In this document: positions 24,547 to 36,929 of the stretch, in pieces
Numbering within the stretch: the first letter of the stretch is position 1
Layout: every line of letters starts with the position of its first letter
Source of the DNA: Squalus acanthias
Taxonomy: Eukaryota
Assembly (NCBI GenBank): GCA_030390025.1
Contig: CM059433.1
Coordinates: 4,712,001-4,776,000 of the forward strand
DNA: 64,000 nucleotides
Direction: 5' to 3'
Notes under the pieces: generated by a model
What the model saw: the letters and a program-made list of their open reading frames with translations, nothing else
What the model was told of the DNA's origin: nothing
Databases searched by the model: none
Program-made: the position numbers and the translations under genes

Positions 24547-26238
24547 AAACTCAAGACGATCTTGGTAAAAATGAATAATTGTTGCACGGTTTCAATTGAT
24601 CTGTTTGTTTGACACCAAATATTGGTACGGATAAGGAATTGCATATCTGCGGTCAATTAGGACTGAACAATACTCGTACCAATGCCAGTACAATAGTAGA
24701 GACCATAACTTACAATGTTCTTGTGATAGACATATGCACCGTCCTCCATTATGTTACAAAATATTTCTATATTGTATCTTCTCCTGAAATTCCAGCTAAG
24801 TTAAACATGGCAAATTTAAACTGCTTTCCATTTATTGCTTTCTGCAAAGGGTTTCCTTTGCTTGTGTGTGCTGTGTGTGCATGGTGTGTGCACACAAGTC
24901 TTTGTCAATAGATATTTGCTAACATTATCTAGGAAAATGAATGCTAATCAACACATAAGCTTGTTGTAAAATTCTCGACTACTTTAGGTACTATTATGAA
25001 ACAAATCTAACATTAATAGTAAGATTGATGTACTTTGTTTCAATGAGCTGCACTGTGTGTAGGCTAGGCAACAAAATTACCAGTAAAAAAAAAGTGCATT
25101 TCAAACTACTGTACTTTTAAAATATCAGCACCTGAAGACCGAGAAACTTCACTGGGGTTATTTTGGGCATTCACGCTCCCGATATGTTGCCTTGCCTGCC
25201 TCCCCAAAATGCATTCATGGCAGACAACCTAATCCCGACATTTTTTGTGCATTAAAATGAATTGATGGGGAATTGTTGGGAGCATACACCCAAAAATCCT
25301 GCTATGTGCTCCCAAGCATTGGTGAGATGTTTTCCCAGAAGGAAAGGAGAAAATGTGTATTAAAAGAACGAAAAAAAATGGTTCAGGCAACCCGTGCACC
25401 TCCTTTGTTAAAGAGTTGACAAAGACTGAGAAACCACTCACCTGCAAGGTACAGGTGGGAGACCGACCAAATTCAGCCAAACCTTAAAGGCCTAGAAATT
25501 CGCGGACTTACCACTCTCCGTTAAGGCCCGTTTCTTGAAAAATACAAATGGTCATATTGGTCCTAGAAATGCAAATCAGCAGAGCGTGACGTCAGTCGGA
25601 GGGCAACGCCAACTTGACACCACGCTCTGCAAATTTCGACCTTTGCGCGGACTTTAACGCAGAGTCCCAAGCTCGCTCAGAAAACGCTGTAAACGCTACT
25701 TAAAAAAGGGACACACACATCTTTCAGGTAAGTTTGCATTTAAGCTTCAGGACTGGATTTTTTATATTTTATTGAAGTAGTGGCTTGGTGCAATAGATGT
25801 TAAAGGGTTTTGAAGTGTGCAGGGAGTGCGGCCGGACGCTAGCAAGGCCTCAGATGGGAAAACCTCTGAAGACAGAAAATGCTGGAAATACTCAGCAGGT
25901 CAGGCATCATCCGTGGAGAGAGAGAAACAGAGTTTGGGGCCCAAATCTTGACCTGAGCATCAGGGCGGGTGCGTGCAGGCCGCGTAGTGGGTCACCATCC
26001 CGAACTTTAACAGCGTGTTCTGCACGGCGCGTTTAACTCAATTGCATCAACTGAAAGAGTCATGGGGGTTTCACGGCCAATTAAATGGAGCGGGTCTGAT
26101 GACATCGCCGATGACTCGTTTTCAGCGCGGATATTTAAAGCAGCCTTGCTCACGTCTCATTTGAAGGTTGCTGCAGGAGACATCAAGGGGTTTGGGAGAT
26201 TTACAAACTGCTGCATAATATTGAGATTTCTGTGGGTC

Positions 26239-28380
26239 ATGGAGACACAGACAGAAGGCTGCTCCAAGATTCCGATTCCTCCCTGGAAGTGCTGGTCCAG
26301 GGAGTCAGAGCACGCCGGGAGGTCCTCTTCCCTGCGGATGGCCGAAAAAGACCAGCCAGAGACACTAAGAGGGCATGGTTGGAGATCACAGGGGAGGTCA
26401 GTAGCAGGGATGTGGTGAGGCGGACGTGGATCCAGTGCCACAAAAGATTCAATGACCTCATGAGGTCAGGAAAGGTGAGTGCAATGCCACACTCACCTAC
26501 ATCCTGATGTGCCTGTCACCACAACCCCATCACTCTACCTTCTCAAGCCGACTCCTGCACATCACTCCTCACACCAACCTACCTTGCAGGTGCACCCATC
26601 CTTCTCTGACTATGCACCTACTCACATCCACATCTGAATATCCACCACTGACACTCACCCTCACCCTACTGCAATCATAGCAAGTAACACCACAGAAGGA
26701 GGCCATCTGGCAATGTCACGCCACTCCCTCAGTCACTGTCTGCAGATGTAGCCCATCCGTTCCTTACACTCATTCCATCACTCTCACTCAAAGTTCTCTT
26801 CTATCCCTCCTTGCAGGAGAGCAGAGAACAACAGGGAGAGGGAGAGAGCCGGAGATGGCCCTCCAATATTCACAAATTTCACTCCAGCAGAGGAGGAGGC
26901 CCTAGAAATCTCTGGAGTTGCAGAGCTGCTGGTGGTGGGAGATAGAGAGAGGGAACTCCCAGCAACCTGGTGACAGAAGTAAAGATCATACAGCCACATG
27001 GCATCCAACAGTCACTCATGGTGACTGGTGTCAGCAGCCAGTGAAATGTCATCATGTGCATAATGGTAACATTACCCATTCTTATAAGACTTCTAATTCA
27101 TCTCTTTAATCTCCTACAGGTCCATCAAGTGCCCCCTCCACTGTCCAGCCGGAGGAGGAAGACAAAAAGTAGAGAAGTTATGCTGAACCTTTATAAAGCG
27201 CTGGTTAGGCCACAACTGGAGTATTGCAGTTCTGGTCACCACACTTTAGGAAGGATGTGAAGGCCCTTGAGAGGGTGCAGAGGAGATTTACCAGAATGGT
27301 TCCAGGGATGGGGGATCTTAGCTACAAGGACAGGTTAGAGAAGCTGGATTTGTTTTCATTAGAACAAAGGAGGTTGAGGGGTGATTTGATAGAGGTGTAC
27401 AAGATTATGACGGGTTTGGATAGGCTAGACGGGGAAAGGCTGTTCCCACTAGTTGATGGTACAAGGACTAGGGGACACAGATTTAAGGTTTTGGGCAAGA
27501 GATACAGGGGGGAAAGTGAGGAAAAACTTTTTTACACAGTGAGTGGTGATGGCCTGGAACTCACTGCCGACGGAAGTGGTGGAAGCGGAGACACTCGAAG
27601 TTTTCAAGGGGAGACTGGATAGGCACTTGAGGGAAATAAACTTGCAGGGCTACGGGGATGGAGCGGCGGAATGGGACTGACTGGATTGCTCCACAGAGAG
27701 CCGGCACGGACTCGATGGGCCGAATGGCCTCCGTCTGTGCCGTTATGACTATGACTCTTCAGAGGAAGCTCCAGTATCTGAAGGTACACCGTTAGCAGAC
27801 CTAAGCACAGCCAGCACCAGTGCAGATATGCACACCTCGGTGGGTCCAGCGAGATAGAGTAGTGTAGTCTCCTGGTGTGTCTCACTTCACAAGTGAGCAA
27901 GAGCAGATGGTGGAGACAGGGACAGCGGTGGAGACTCCTCGCTGGAGGGTGCAGGACGCTCCCAGCTTTGCTGAGCTGCATGCAGACGCTGAACCTTGGG
28001 GGCCATCCAGAAAGAGGCTGACCTTGGAGGAGCCACAACAATTGTGCGAGGCTCCGACAGCTTTTGCAGCCGTGATGTCTGCAACTGTACAGAGAATGGA
28101 GGAGTCCATCTCCAACATGAGCACCACCAGGTTCACACAGGCGATGGCAACGATGTGCTGTTCCATGGAAAGGATGGCCACCTGCATGGAGCCGCTAATG
28201 CGCCAGTCCAACGAGAACATGCTTGCTGTGGACAACAGATTGCAGACGCTCATTGACCTTATCTCGAGGAGGGATATAAACGTAGACTTGGGCCTTCATC
28301 GCCCCACTGATGTGCAGCAAGGTGCTCTCCAGATCCTGGCTACCATGAGAGGGATGATGGTGAGAGGAGACATGGAAGAG
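26239..28380 (+). pseudogene. Harbinger Myb/SANT-like DNA-binding gene, 3 exons, disrupted
   Basis: LEVLVQGVRARREVLF...KRAWLEITGEVSSRDVVRRTWIQCHKRFNDL; donor 26475, exon 26817-26969, acceptor before 27120. Confidence 0.8.
27162..27758 (+). mobile_element. CR1 3' fragment inside Myb exon 3
   Basis: LYKALVRPQLEYC, QFWSPHFRKDVKALERVQRRFTRM...RTRGH. Confidence 0.9.
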
Positions 28381-28389
28381 AGGGCTCTT

Positions 28390-28850
28390 CTCAAAGCGCT
28401 CCCACTTCTCACCCGTTGCCTCCTCCTCAGCCAGAGCCTCACATCTTGCCTTGGATCCCGATGCCAGAGTCTGTCTCTGCACAGAGCCACAAAGCCGAGT
28501 GCCCGCTCAGTAACACTGGCTTCATCAGTGGCAAAGTTGACATAATTGGCTGACTTGTCAAAGAGGGCATCGGTCACCTGGGTGATGCATCTGTGGGCGG
28601 CCGACTGCGAGATCCTGGAAATGTTTGCTGCAAATCCCTGGAAGGAGCCGGAGGTGAAGAAGTTGAGGGCGGTGGTGACTGGCAGCCACGGGTAAGGCGT
28701 GTCCACCAGGTCCTCTGGGCAGCAGGTCTTGTTCCAGCAAGTTACAAATGTCTGCCATGACCTGGCACGATAGCCTGAGCCTCCTGAGGCACTGCTGCTC
28801 AGTCCTGTCCAGGAAGCTCATCCTCTGCCTGTACACCCTGTGTTGGGGGT
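28390..28850 (-). pseudogene. Harbinger (HARBI1-like) DDE transposase N-terminal fragment, frameshifted
   Basis: [22 protein letters not shown]...ICNLL and [14 protein letters not shown]...[17 protein letters not shown]...YVNF match the HARBI1-family HTH region. Confidence 0.85.
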
Positions 28851-30279
28851 ATCACCTCCGGCACGGTGCTGCCCTGCGCTGACCCCCTCTCTCCTATGAA
28901 GCATCAGATCGTTGAGGAGAAGATTGCTGGTGTGGTTGCTGTTGTTGTTGTGGCCGCTGTGAGTGGCTTCCGAGGTTGCAGAAATGACCTGCAAACAGCT
29001 GACAACTAAATCTCTGCACAAATTGGTGTCAGCAAGAACCTTTCCATTAGGCAAGGCAGCAGGTGTAAGGTGTGAGTATTTATTGTTTTTTTCCAGCTGT
29101 CACTCAATGAACTCGCTCAATGGCCTCTGAGCTCCCGCCTCCCCTTCACTGGCGAGGTTCCCGAGGTGCGTGAATCCTGTGCGCAAGAAGTTAAAGCCAA
29201 AACCTGAGGTTAAAAAGGCAGTTAAGTGTCTCTCAACGAGCAGTTAACTACCTCAATGAGGTCGCCCGCCTCTCCCGAGCGGGTCCGTGGAGCGCCCCGA
29301 AACGCGCCCGAGTTAACTGCGGAAGTCGGCGGGTTCCCGAGGCGCTGCCAATTTCCGCGCTTTTAACTGCTGACCCGCCTCCAAGCCCACACGCTCGGCA
29401 ATGGGAAAATTCTGGCCCACGTCTCAGGTCGAGATACTGCCTGACCTGCTGAGTATTCCCAGCATTTTCTGCTTTCATTACAGATTTCCAGCATTCGCTC
29501 GCAGAGGGAAGAGGACGACCCAGAAAAGGAGGAAGCATCCCAGACAGCCCCTTTCTGGCCGGGATATCTGGGATGGAATCATCCACCTGCGGTCCCAGTG
29601 ACCACAACCTCAATTCCCCTTTCAACATTAGTCCCACACTTTACCTTCCCTCTGTGACTGACCATCACAATGTCCTCTTGGCCACAATGCTGAAATAAAA
29701 GCCACCACAAAGCAAACTTTCCAATCCAACTGTACAAATCCATCCATCCGACATCAAGATATCAACTCATCACCCGTATGCATTCCCTTAGTGAGTGTCT
29801 TGTGTGTGCCTTTGCCTATCCTACTGCTGTCACGCAGTGCTACCCCAGTGGCTGCAGCATGGCTGGTGGAAGGCTGCTAACTTTCAGTGGGGGACACTGC
29901 AAATGGCCTTGCTGGTCAACCTTGAGGAGCTGGTGGCTGAGAGTGTGAAATCGATCTTCTTCTTCACTCTCCTCTCCCTCTTCTTGGTCAACCACTGGCC
30001 AGGCAAGCTGAATTTCTTGGGTGTGTGAAATGAGGAAGGCACAAGGATAGAGATGTGGTGAGGGGAGGGCGGGAAAGCAAGAGGTGCATGCCAGAAGGAG
30101 GATAACATATGAGGATACCAGCAACTTGTATCCTTTCAGCCCCGCCGCTGGCCAAGGGCTCAGGCATGCCCCTGCCAAGAATGGCCTGGACCATCTCCTC
30201 CAAGGGTGTGAAATGAAGCTAGGAATGGGAGGTGTGCCTAGTGTTTGGTACAGATTGTTGGTAGGTGAGTGATGGGGAA

Positions 30280-31865
30280 GAACATAAGAAGTAATAGCAG
30301 GAGTCGGCCATATGGCCCCTCGAGCCTGCTCCGCCATTCAATAAGATCATGGCTGATCATCGACCTCAGCTCCACTTTCCCGCCCGATCTCCATATCCCT
30401 TGATTCCCCTAGAGTCCAGAAATCTATCTATCTCAGCCTTGAATATACTCAAAGACTCAGCATTCACAGCCCTCTGGGGCAGAGAATTCCAAAGATTCAC
30501 AACCCTCTGAGTGAAGAAATTCCTCCTCATCTCGGTCTTAAATGGCCTACCCCTTATCCTGAGACTATGCCCCCTAGTTCTAGACACTCCAGCCAGGGGA
30601 AACAACCTCTCAGCATCTACCCTGTCAATCCCCTTCAGAATCTTGTATGTTCCAATGAGCTCACCTCTCATTCTTCTAAACTCCAGAGAGTATAGGCCCA
30701 TTCTACACAATCTCTCATCATAGGACAGCCCTCTCATCCCAGGAATCAATCTCGTGAACCTTCGTTGCACCGCCTCTAAGGCAAGTATATTCTTCCTTGG
30801 ATAAGGAGACCAAAACTGTGCACAGTACTCCAGGTGTGGTCTCACCAAGATCCTGTACAATTGTAGCAAGACTTCCTTACTCTTGTACTCCAACCCCCTT
30901 GCAATAAAGGCCAACATGCCATTTGCCTTCCTAATTGCTTGCAGTACCTGCATACAAGCATTCTGTGTTTCTTGCACAAAGACACCCAAATCTCTCTGAA
31001 CACCAACATTTGAAAGTTTCTCACCATTTAAAAAATATTCTTCCTACCAAAGTGAATAACCTCACATTTCCCTACATTATACTCCATCTGCCACCTTACC
31101 GCCCACTCACTTAGTCTATCTATATCCCTTTGCAGCCTCTTTGTGTTCTCCTCACAGCTTACTGTCCCACCTAGCTTTGTATCATCAGCAAACTTGGATA
31201 CATTACACTTGGTCCCTTCATCTAGGTCATTAATATAGATTGTAAATTGCTGAGGCCCCAACACTGATCCTTGCGGCACCCCACTAATTACAGCCTGCCA
31301 ACCTGAAAAAGATCCGTTTATCCCTTCTCTCTGTTTTCTGTCAGTTAACCAATCCTCTATCCATGCTACTATAATACCCCCAACCCCATGAGCCCTTATC
31401 TTGTGTAATAATCTTTCATATGGCACCTTATCAAATGCCTTTTGGAAATCCAAATATACTACATCCACTGGTCCCCCTTTATCTACCCTGCTAGTTACAT
31501 CCTCAAAAAACACTAATAAATTTGTCAAACACAATTTCCCTTTCATAAAACCATGTTGACTCTGCCTAATCATGTTATGATTTTCTAAGTGACTTGATAC
31601 CACTTCCTTAACAATGGATTCCAGCATTTTCCCGACGACTGCTGTCAGGCTAACTGGCCTGTAGTTCCCTGTTTTTCTCTCCCTCCTTTCTTGAATAGAG
31701 GTGTTACATTTGCTACCTTCCAATCAGCTGGGATCATTCCAGAATCTAGAGAAATTTGGAAGATCAAAACCAATGCATCCACTATCTCTGCAGCCACCTC
31801 TTTTAGAACCCTAGGATGTAGGCCATCAGGTCCAGGGGAATTTGTCAGCTTTTAGTCCCATTAGG
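30280..31865 (-). mobile_element. CR1 LINE, 5'-truncated, RT and C-terminus, frameshifted
   Basis: GNYRPVSLT, YLDFQKAFDKV, GVPQGSVLGP, KFADDTK, LVRPHLEYC. Confidence 0.95.
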
Positions 31866-32879
31866 ATAGGGAGGATCGTGCACTGAGCAGTGTGTGAGGC
31901 TAGTGTTGCAGTTGGTAGATGACAGCTTTTGAAGATGCATTCACTGACTTTGACCACTGGTCTGGGGTCACGAAGCTTCTTTGGGAACTGGGGCCAGGTC
32001 GTGGGGGCAACACTGCTGGCAGTGACGGCCTCGGTGATCTGGTCCCACATCCTTCTTTCAGGAGGGCCTCATGGCCCCCTGTGGCTGGAGGGCCTGATGG
32101 CCCCCTGTGGGTAGTGGACCTCTCTTGCAATGTTGACCCCCTGCACAAAGCTGGAGTGCTGCATGCGAGACCCTGGGTGCCCCTTCCCTGGCTTGTTGAG
32201 CCATGTGTGTTAATGCTGAAGCACTTTTACCATTTTCTTAGGTGTGGAAGGCAATTCAGCTTGAAGAGCTGAAGACTGCCATTTGGGAATTATATTTAAT
32301 GTTTATTTTTTTTTAGAAGGCAGTTGAGCTCTAAGGGCTAAAAATTGCCTATTTTTAAATATTTTTTTTCATTTTAGAAGGCAGTTCCCCTTTAAGGGAC
32401 CGACACTGCTTTCTAAAATGACAGGCTAGCTTTAAGATAATACTGTTCTTGCTCCAGGGACACTACGTCCATGCTACATTAGGCCTCCTGCTGAGAGTAC
32501 CGCCCGAAAACCAGCCTTGCATGGTAGATTTAGCGCTGCGCTGATTTAAATTAGCAGACAGCACAAAAATCCCAGGGCTGCCTGCGTTATGAATTCAGGC
32601 GGCCGTTAACTGCGCATCGGAATTTCTCGACTCAAGTGCCTTGAATTTGGCCAATTCATTAATATTGATTTAGATCTAGTCAGTTCCTTTAAAAATAAAT
32701 CTTGGTGTAAGAGACAGAATAATCACTTTAATCTACAAACCAACATGTTCACTATGTTAATGAGCAGGTCCCATATGTGGCTGGAGGTTTTTAAAATTTT
32801 TTAAGTTAATGTTGTGCTCAGAAACGTGAGGGAATGTTGGTTCCGGGTAAGGGTACATTCAGATGGTACAGCATTATTG

Positions 32880-33355
32880 TGTCAGCTGTGACTCAGTGGG
32901 TAGCACACTCGCCTCTTGAGTCAGAAGGTTGTGGGTTCAAGTCCCACTCCAGGGACTTGAGCACATAAAGCTAGGCTGACACTCCAGTGCAGTGCTGAGG
33001 GAGTGCTGCACTGTCGGAGGTGCCGTCTTTCGGATGAGATGTTAAACCGAGCTCCCGTTTGCTCTCTCAGGTGGACGTAAAAGATCCCATGGCCACTATT
33101 TCGAAGAAGAGTAGGGGAGTTATCCCTGGTGTCCTGGGGCCAATATTTATCCCTCAACCAACATAACAAAAACAGATTATCTGGTCATTATCACATTGCT
33201 GTTTGTGGGAGCTTGCTGTGCGCAAATTGGCTGCTGCGTTTCCCACATTACAACAGTGACTACACTTCAAAAAATAAAGTACTTCATTGGCTGTAAAGCG
33301 CTTTGAGACGTCCGATGGTCGTGAAAGGCGCAATAGAAATGCAAGTCTTTCTTTT
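32880..33355 (+). mobile_element. Full-length DeuSINE (SacSINE1-like)
   Basis: A/B boxes, Deu core GGAGGTGCCGTCTTTCGGATGAGA, L2-like tail. Confidence 0.9.
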
Positions 33356-33742
33356 CTTTCATTATTATTTTCCCCGTAAATCTTTGGTTAATTCTATGTT
33401 TATCAAGGTGAAGAGGAATCTTGGGATGAGTGGGAGAAAGAATGACATCACAAATCTGGGTCGGATCCCACAAAATTTTAATTAAAAAATGTAAACTGAA
33501 CATATAAAGAAATTCCAAGAGGCACTGAACCATTTAGGGACGACAATGCTCTTGTAATAAAACTGCAACCTATCCCAGTTTACAAGGATCAACACCCCAA
33601 GTTAATGAGCCCAATTCGAGTTTTGCTGACAGCTTCGCCAGCACCATTTCATTCATTGGAAACAGGGATCAAAAACCAGCGCCCTCCATCCTTTGCCTAT
33701 GAATAACCATTCTCCATTATTAATTACAGGTGTCACAGTTAG

Positions 33743-34265
33743 GGTGAAAATTATAGGGCTTAAAGCAGCAACGTAAAGAGTTAAAGAATGTGCTGTAAAA
33801 GGTAAACTCGTAAATACAGAATGGTTTTGCTGACACAGTGCGATGAATAATGTCTGTGGTCAACATGCGTACGTGCGAAACAACTTGAGGCCCACTAAGG
33901 CACTAATAGCACAACGGTTACACTTGAGAACCAATCACCGCATGACCAGCCAGTCCGGCCGGACAGATGTGACGCAACACTTTATGTTTATAGTTTCGGA
34001 AGGGAAGTAACAAGAAAATTTAGCTTAAAGTGCAGATTATAATTAAGGAGCTTGTTGCTGGGGGAATGTGATTGGGTGGAGACATTTGTATGTAATGAAT
34101 TGCGTATCCGGCCCTGTAATGTATAAAAGAAGTTCCGATACCACTGTAACGACGAGAAGTTGATCACTAGACCGTGGGGTTTATGGCTCTTCTCCCAGAG
34201 CGCTCTGTTAAATAAACTGTGATCTTCTGCTTTGAGACAGACTCGAGTGAATTCATTTTTCACCA
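33743..34265 (+). mobile_element. Probable solo LTR
   Basis: Terminal IR GGTGAAAA / TTTTCACCA, TTAG/ATAG flanks, CCAAT (~33931), TATAAAA (34122), AATAAA (34211). Confidence 0.5.
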
Positions 34266-35184
34266 ATAGTCACTGTACAGTCACCAACATTTCTAACACC
34301 CCAAAACTCCTCCCATCTCAAATGATTTATAAAATGATTAGATAGCTGGCTTTCTATGCCCCGCACTGGATCCTTGGCAGAGGCTGAATACTAGCAGTGG
34401 ATGTATTTGTTACCCAATAAATAAATCTGACTTGATAGTTATAGATATGTGACGGTTCTAAGATTGATATAGATCAAGTGTAAGCAAGAGAAATGGGAAC
34501 GTGCAATGAATAGTGCGAAATGGAAAAGTCGATTATTTACCTTGTAATCCTCATCGTTCGATTGGAAGATCTCCTTCACACACATACGGGTATTTCCTCC
34601 TACTGCATGCCTGAATGGAAGAGAGAGAGAGGGGAAATCAGGCCTCTCTATGTCTCTTTTATATCCTCAGATCACAATATTTTAAAATTCAAGTCTTGTG
34701 AAATTGTGCCCATATTTGCAATGTCATTCTTTCTCCCATTTATTCCATTCTGGAAGTGCTTGAGACAAACATCTTAGCTACTGCATCCACTGGGATATCC
34801 AGATTCTGAAAGAAGGGCTTCCCTTGATAATTCAAGTAGTAGATTTTCAGATGAGTTAATCCAGTTTACGGAGATCAACATTGGAAAATCGTGCACAGTA
34901 CACATCCAAATTTCCAGTTTGAGCTCCAGCAGGCAAAGCTCACAGCCAGGGGTACAAGATTGGAAACCTACCCACTACTGGCAGTGGACGATGACTATTT
35001 TCATCCTGAGCGTTTTGACCTCTTCCATAGGAATAACTTTCAGTAGCTTTCCCTTATGTAAAGAAAAAGATATAGAGTTCTAATGGAAGGGCCATCTGAA
35101 TTACAAATTGTGCAATATATTACATCTAACCAATATAATTTTGCCTAAGAAATAAAAAGCAGGGTTCCACCTCTAGAAGGCTGA

Positions 35185-35545
35185 GACAGATAGATTTTTG
35201 GACTCTAGGGGAATCAAGGGATATGGGGATCGGGCGGGAAAGTGGAGTTGAGGTCGAAGATCAGCCATGATCTTATTGAATGGCGGAGCAGGCTCGAGGG
35301 GCCGTGCGGCGGAGCAGGCTCGAGGGGCCGTGCGGCGGAGCAGGCTCGAGGGGCCGTGCGGCGGAGCAGGCTCGAGGGGCCGTGCGGCGGAGCAGGCTCG
35401 AGGGGCCGTGCGGCGGAGCAGGCTCGAGGGGCCGTGTGGCGGAGCAGGCTCGAGGGGCCGTGTGGCGGAGCAGGCTCGAGGGGCCGTGTGGCGGAGCAGG
35501 CTCGAGGGGCCGTGTGGCCTACTGCTCCTAATTCTTATGTTCTTA
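35185..35545 (+). mobile_element. CR1 3' tail containing a tandem array
   Basis: gggaatcaagggatatgggg...cctactgctcctaattcttatgttctt. Confidence 0.85.
35282..35515. repeat. 9 x 26-bp GGCGGAGCAGGCTCGAGGGGCCGTG(C/T)
   Basis: Directly visible. Confidence 0.97.
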
Positions 35546-35734
35546 TCAAATGCATTTGATATATAAGAACCATTTTATTATGATCTGAAATTAATCTAGT
35601 ATGTAAGTAGGTCTTGCTATCTCATTAATATCTAAAGACAGGCCAGTAGTGAAGAAGAATATATACGGGATAGAGACTCATACATATTGAAATTTAATTG
35701 GAAAGTCAAAATAAGTCAACATTTCGCTGTAATT

Positions 35735-35925
35735 CCACCTCTCCTCCTCTGTTTCCTCCTTTAAGACGCTCCTTAAAATCTACCTCTTTGACCAAGCTTT
35801 TGGTCATCAGCCCTAACATCTCCTTATATGGCTCAGTTATGAATTTTGTTTCGATAACGCTCTTGTGAAGCACCTTGGGGCATTTTACTACGTTAAAGAT
35901 GCTATATAAATGCAAGTTGTTGTTG
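35735..35925 (+). mobile_element. L2 3' tail
   Basis: cctttaagacgctccttaaaa...gctatataaatgcaagttgttgttg. Confidence 0.8.
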
Positions 35926-36929
35926 TGGTCATGTCAGTATTGAGAGAGAACCCGCCTGGATTCTCTTCTCCTCTGCGAGCTGCAGCCAAATCCAGACCAG
36001 ACAGACTGATTAAAGGTTCCCTTATGCTGTAAAGTGACAAATAGTTTCCAGTGGGCAGTGGTCCATAGGACAAAACTGCCCCTAATGCAACATTAATTGG
36101 CAATCTCACTCGGGGAAAGAAGCTGAAAGTTGGCGTGGGAAATGGGAAAATGTCACATTTCTATATTTGGGGCTGATGCACATTATTGGGAAAATTAGAT
36201 TGAGCTTTACTTTGCATCTAATCCTTGCCATACCCGACTCGAAGTAATTGAGGCTGATGCTGGGCATCCAAAACATTTCCATTTTCTGCACATTACTAAG
36301 CACACAATTCATCAAAAAAATTAAGAGGAAAAAAACCTCTATATGAAATTTCACAATACTTGTATCAAACTTACTGTCCTACAGCCATAGACTTTGCGGA
36401 CAAACCCTCGACTCCCCCGCCACCCATCCCTCATTTCAATATAACCACGTCTGCTCCATTACATCAGATCTAACGGGATGAATTTCCTCAGGGGTGGGAA
36501 ACAAACATGTGTCTGATCTTCCCATTTAACTTCGAAGCTTTGAAACTCATTCAAATGAGTGTCAATCAAGGCATTAAGATTCTGAGTTCAATAACATCTT
36601 AGAAAAATAAAGACATTTAGCATAAGTTTGAGCTTTTTATCCATCTTGTCTTTATCTTAAACAAACAGTTTTATGACTCATTTAAGACATTAATTCGAGT
36701 ATGCTGCCATTCCCCTCCCAACTATTTAAAGGACTAAATCACTGATAAATGTTCAAGTTGAAAGGGCCATTCTGGGACAATGAAACAGATTTGTAGAATT
36801 ACCTGATATCAAAGCTGCACAGGGAGAAATCTTAGAATTTAAAAAATCCACTGACATCAGTGCTGCTCTTTGAGACTCCAATCCCTGTCCCTAAACTGAG
36901 CTTGTCTGACTGATTCACAGACTACAACT

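Larger units (their letters stand above)
25937..29418. mobile_element. Inner Harbinger transposon with convergent Myb/SANT (+) and HARBI1-like transposase (-) remnants
   Basis: TIR GGGCCCAAATCTT / AAAATTCTGGCCC; two-gene layout typical of PIF/Harbinger. Confidence 0.85.
25489..32632. mobile_element. Outer decayed Harbinger transposon (transposase remnant +, Myb/SANT gene -) with nested insertions
   Basis: Weak TIR GGCCTAGAAATTC / GAATTTCTCGACT; possible transposase C-terminus ~29500-29601; Myb/SANT remnant WDQITEAVTASSVAPTTWPQFPKKLRD at 31950-32050 (-). Confidence 0.55.

Noticed and set aside
35242..35566. Repetitive ORFs in three frames
   Set aside because: Translation of the 26-bp tandem array in a CR1 tail.
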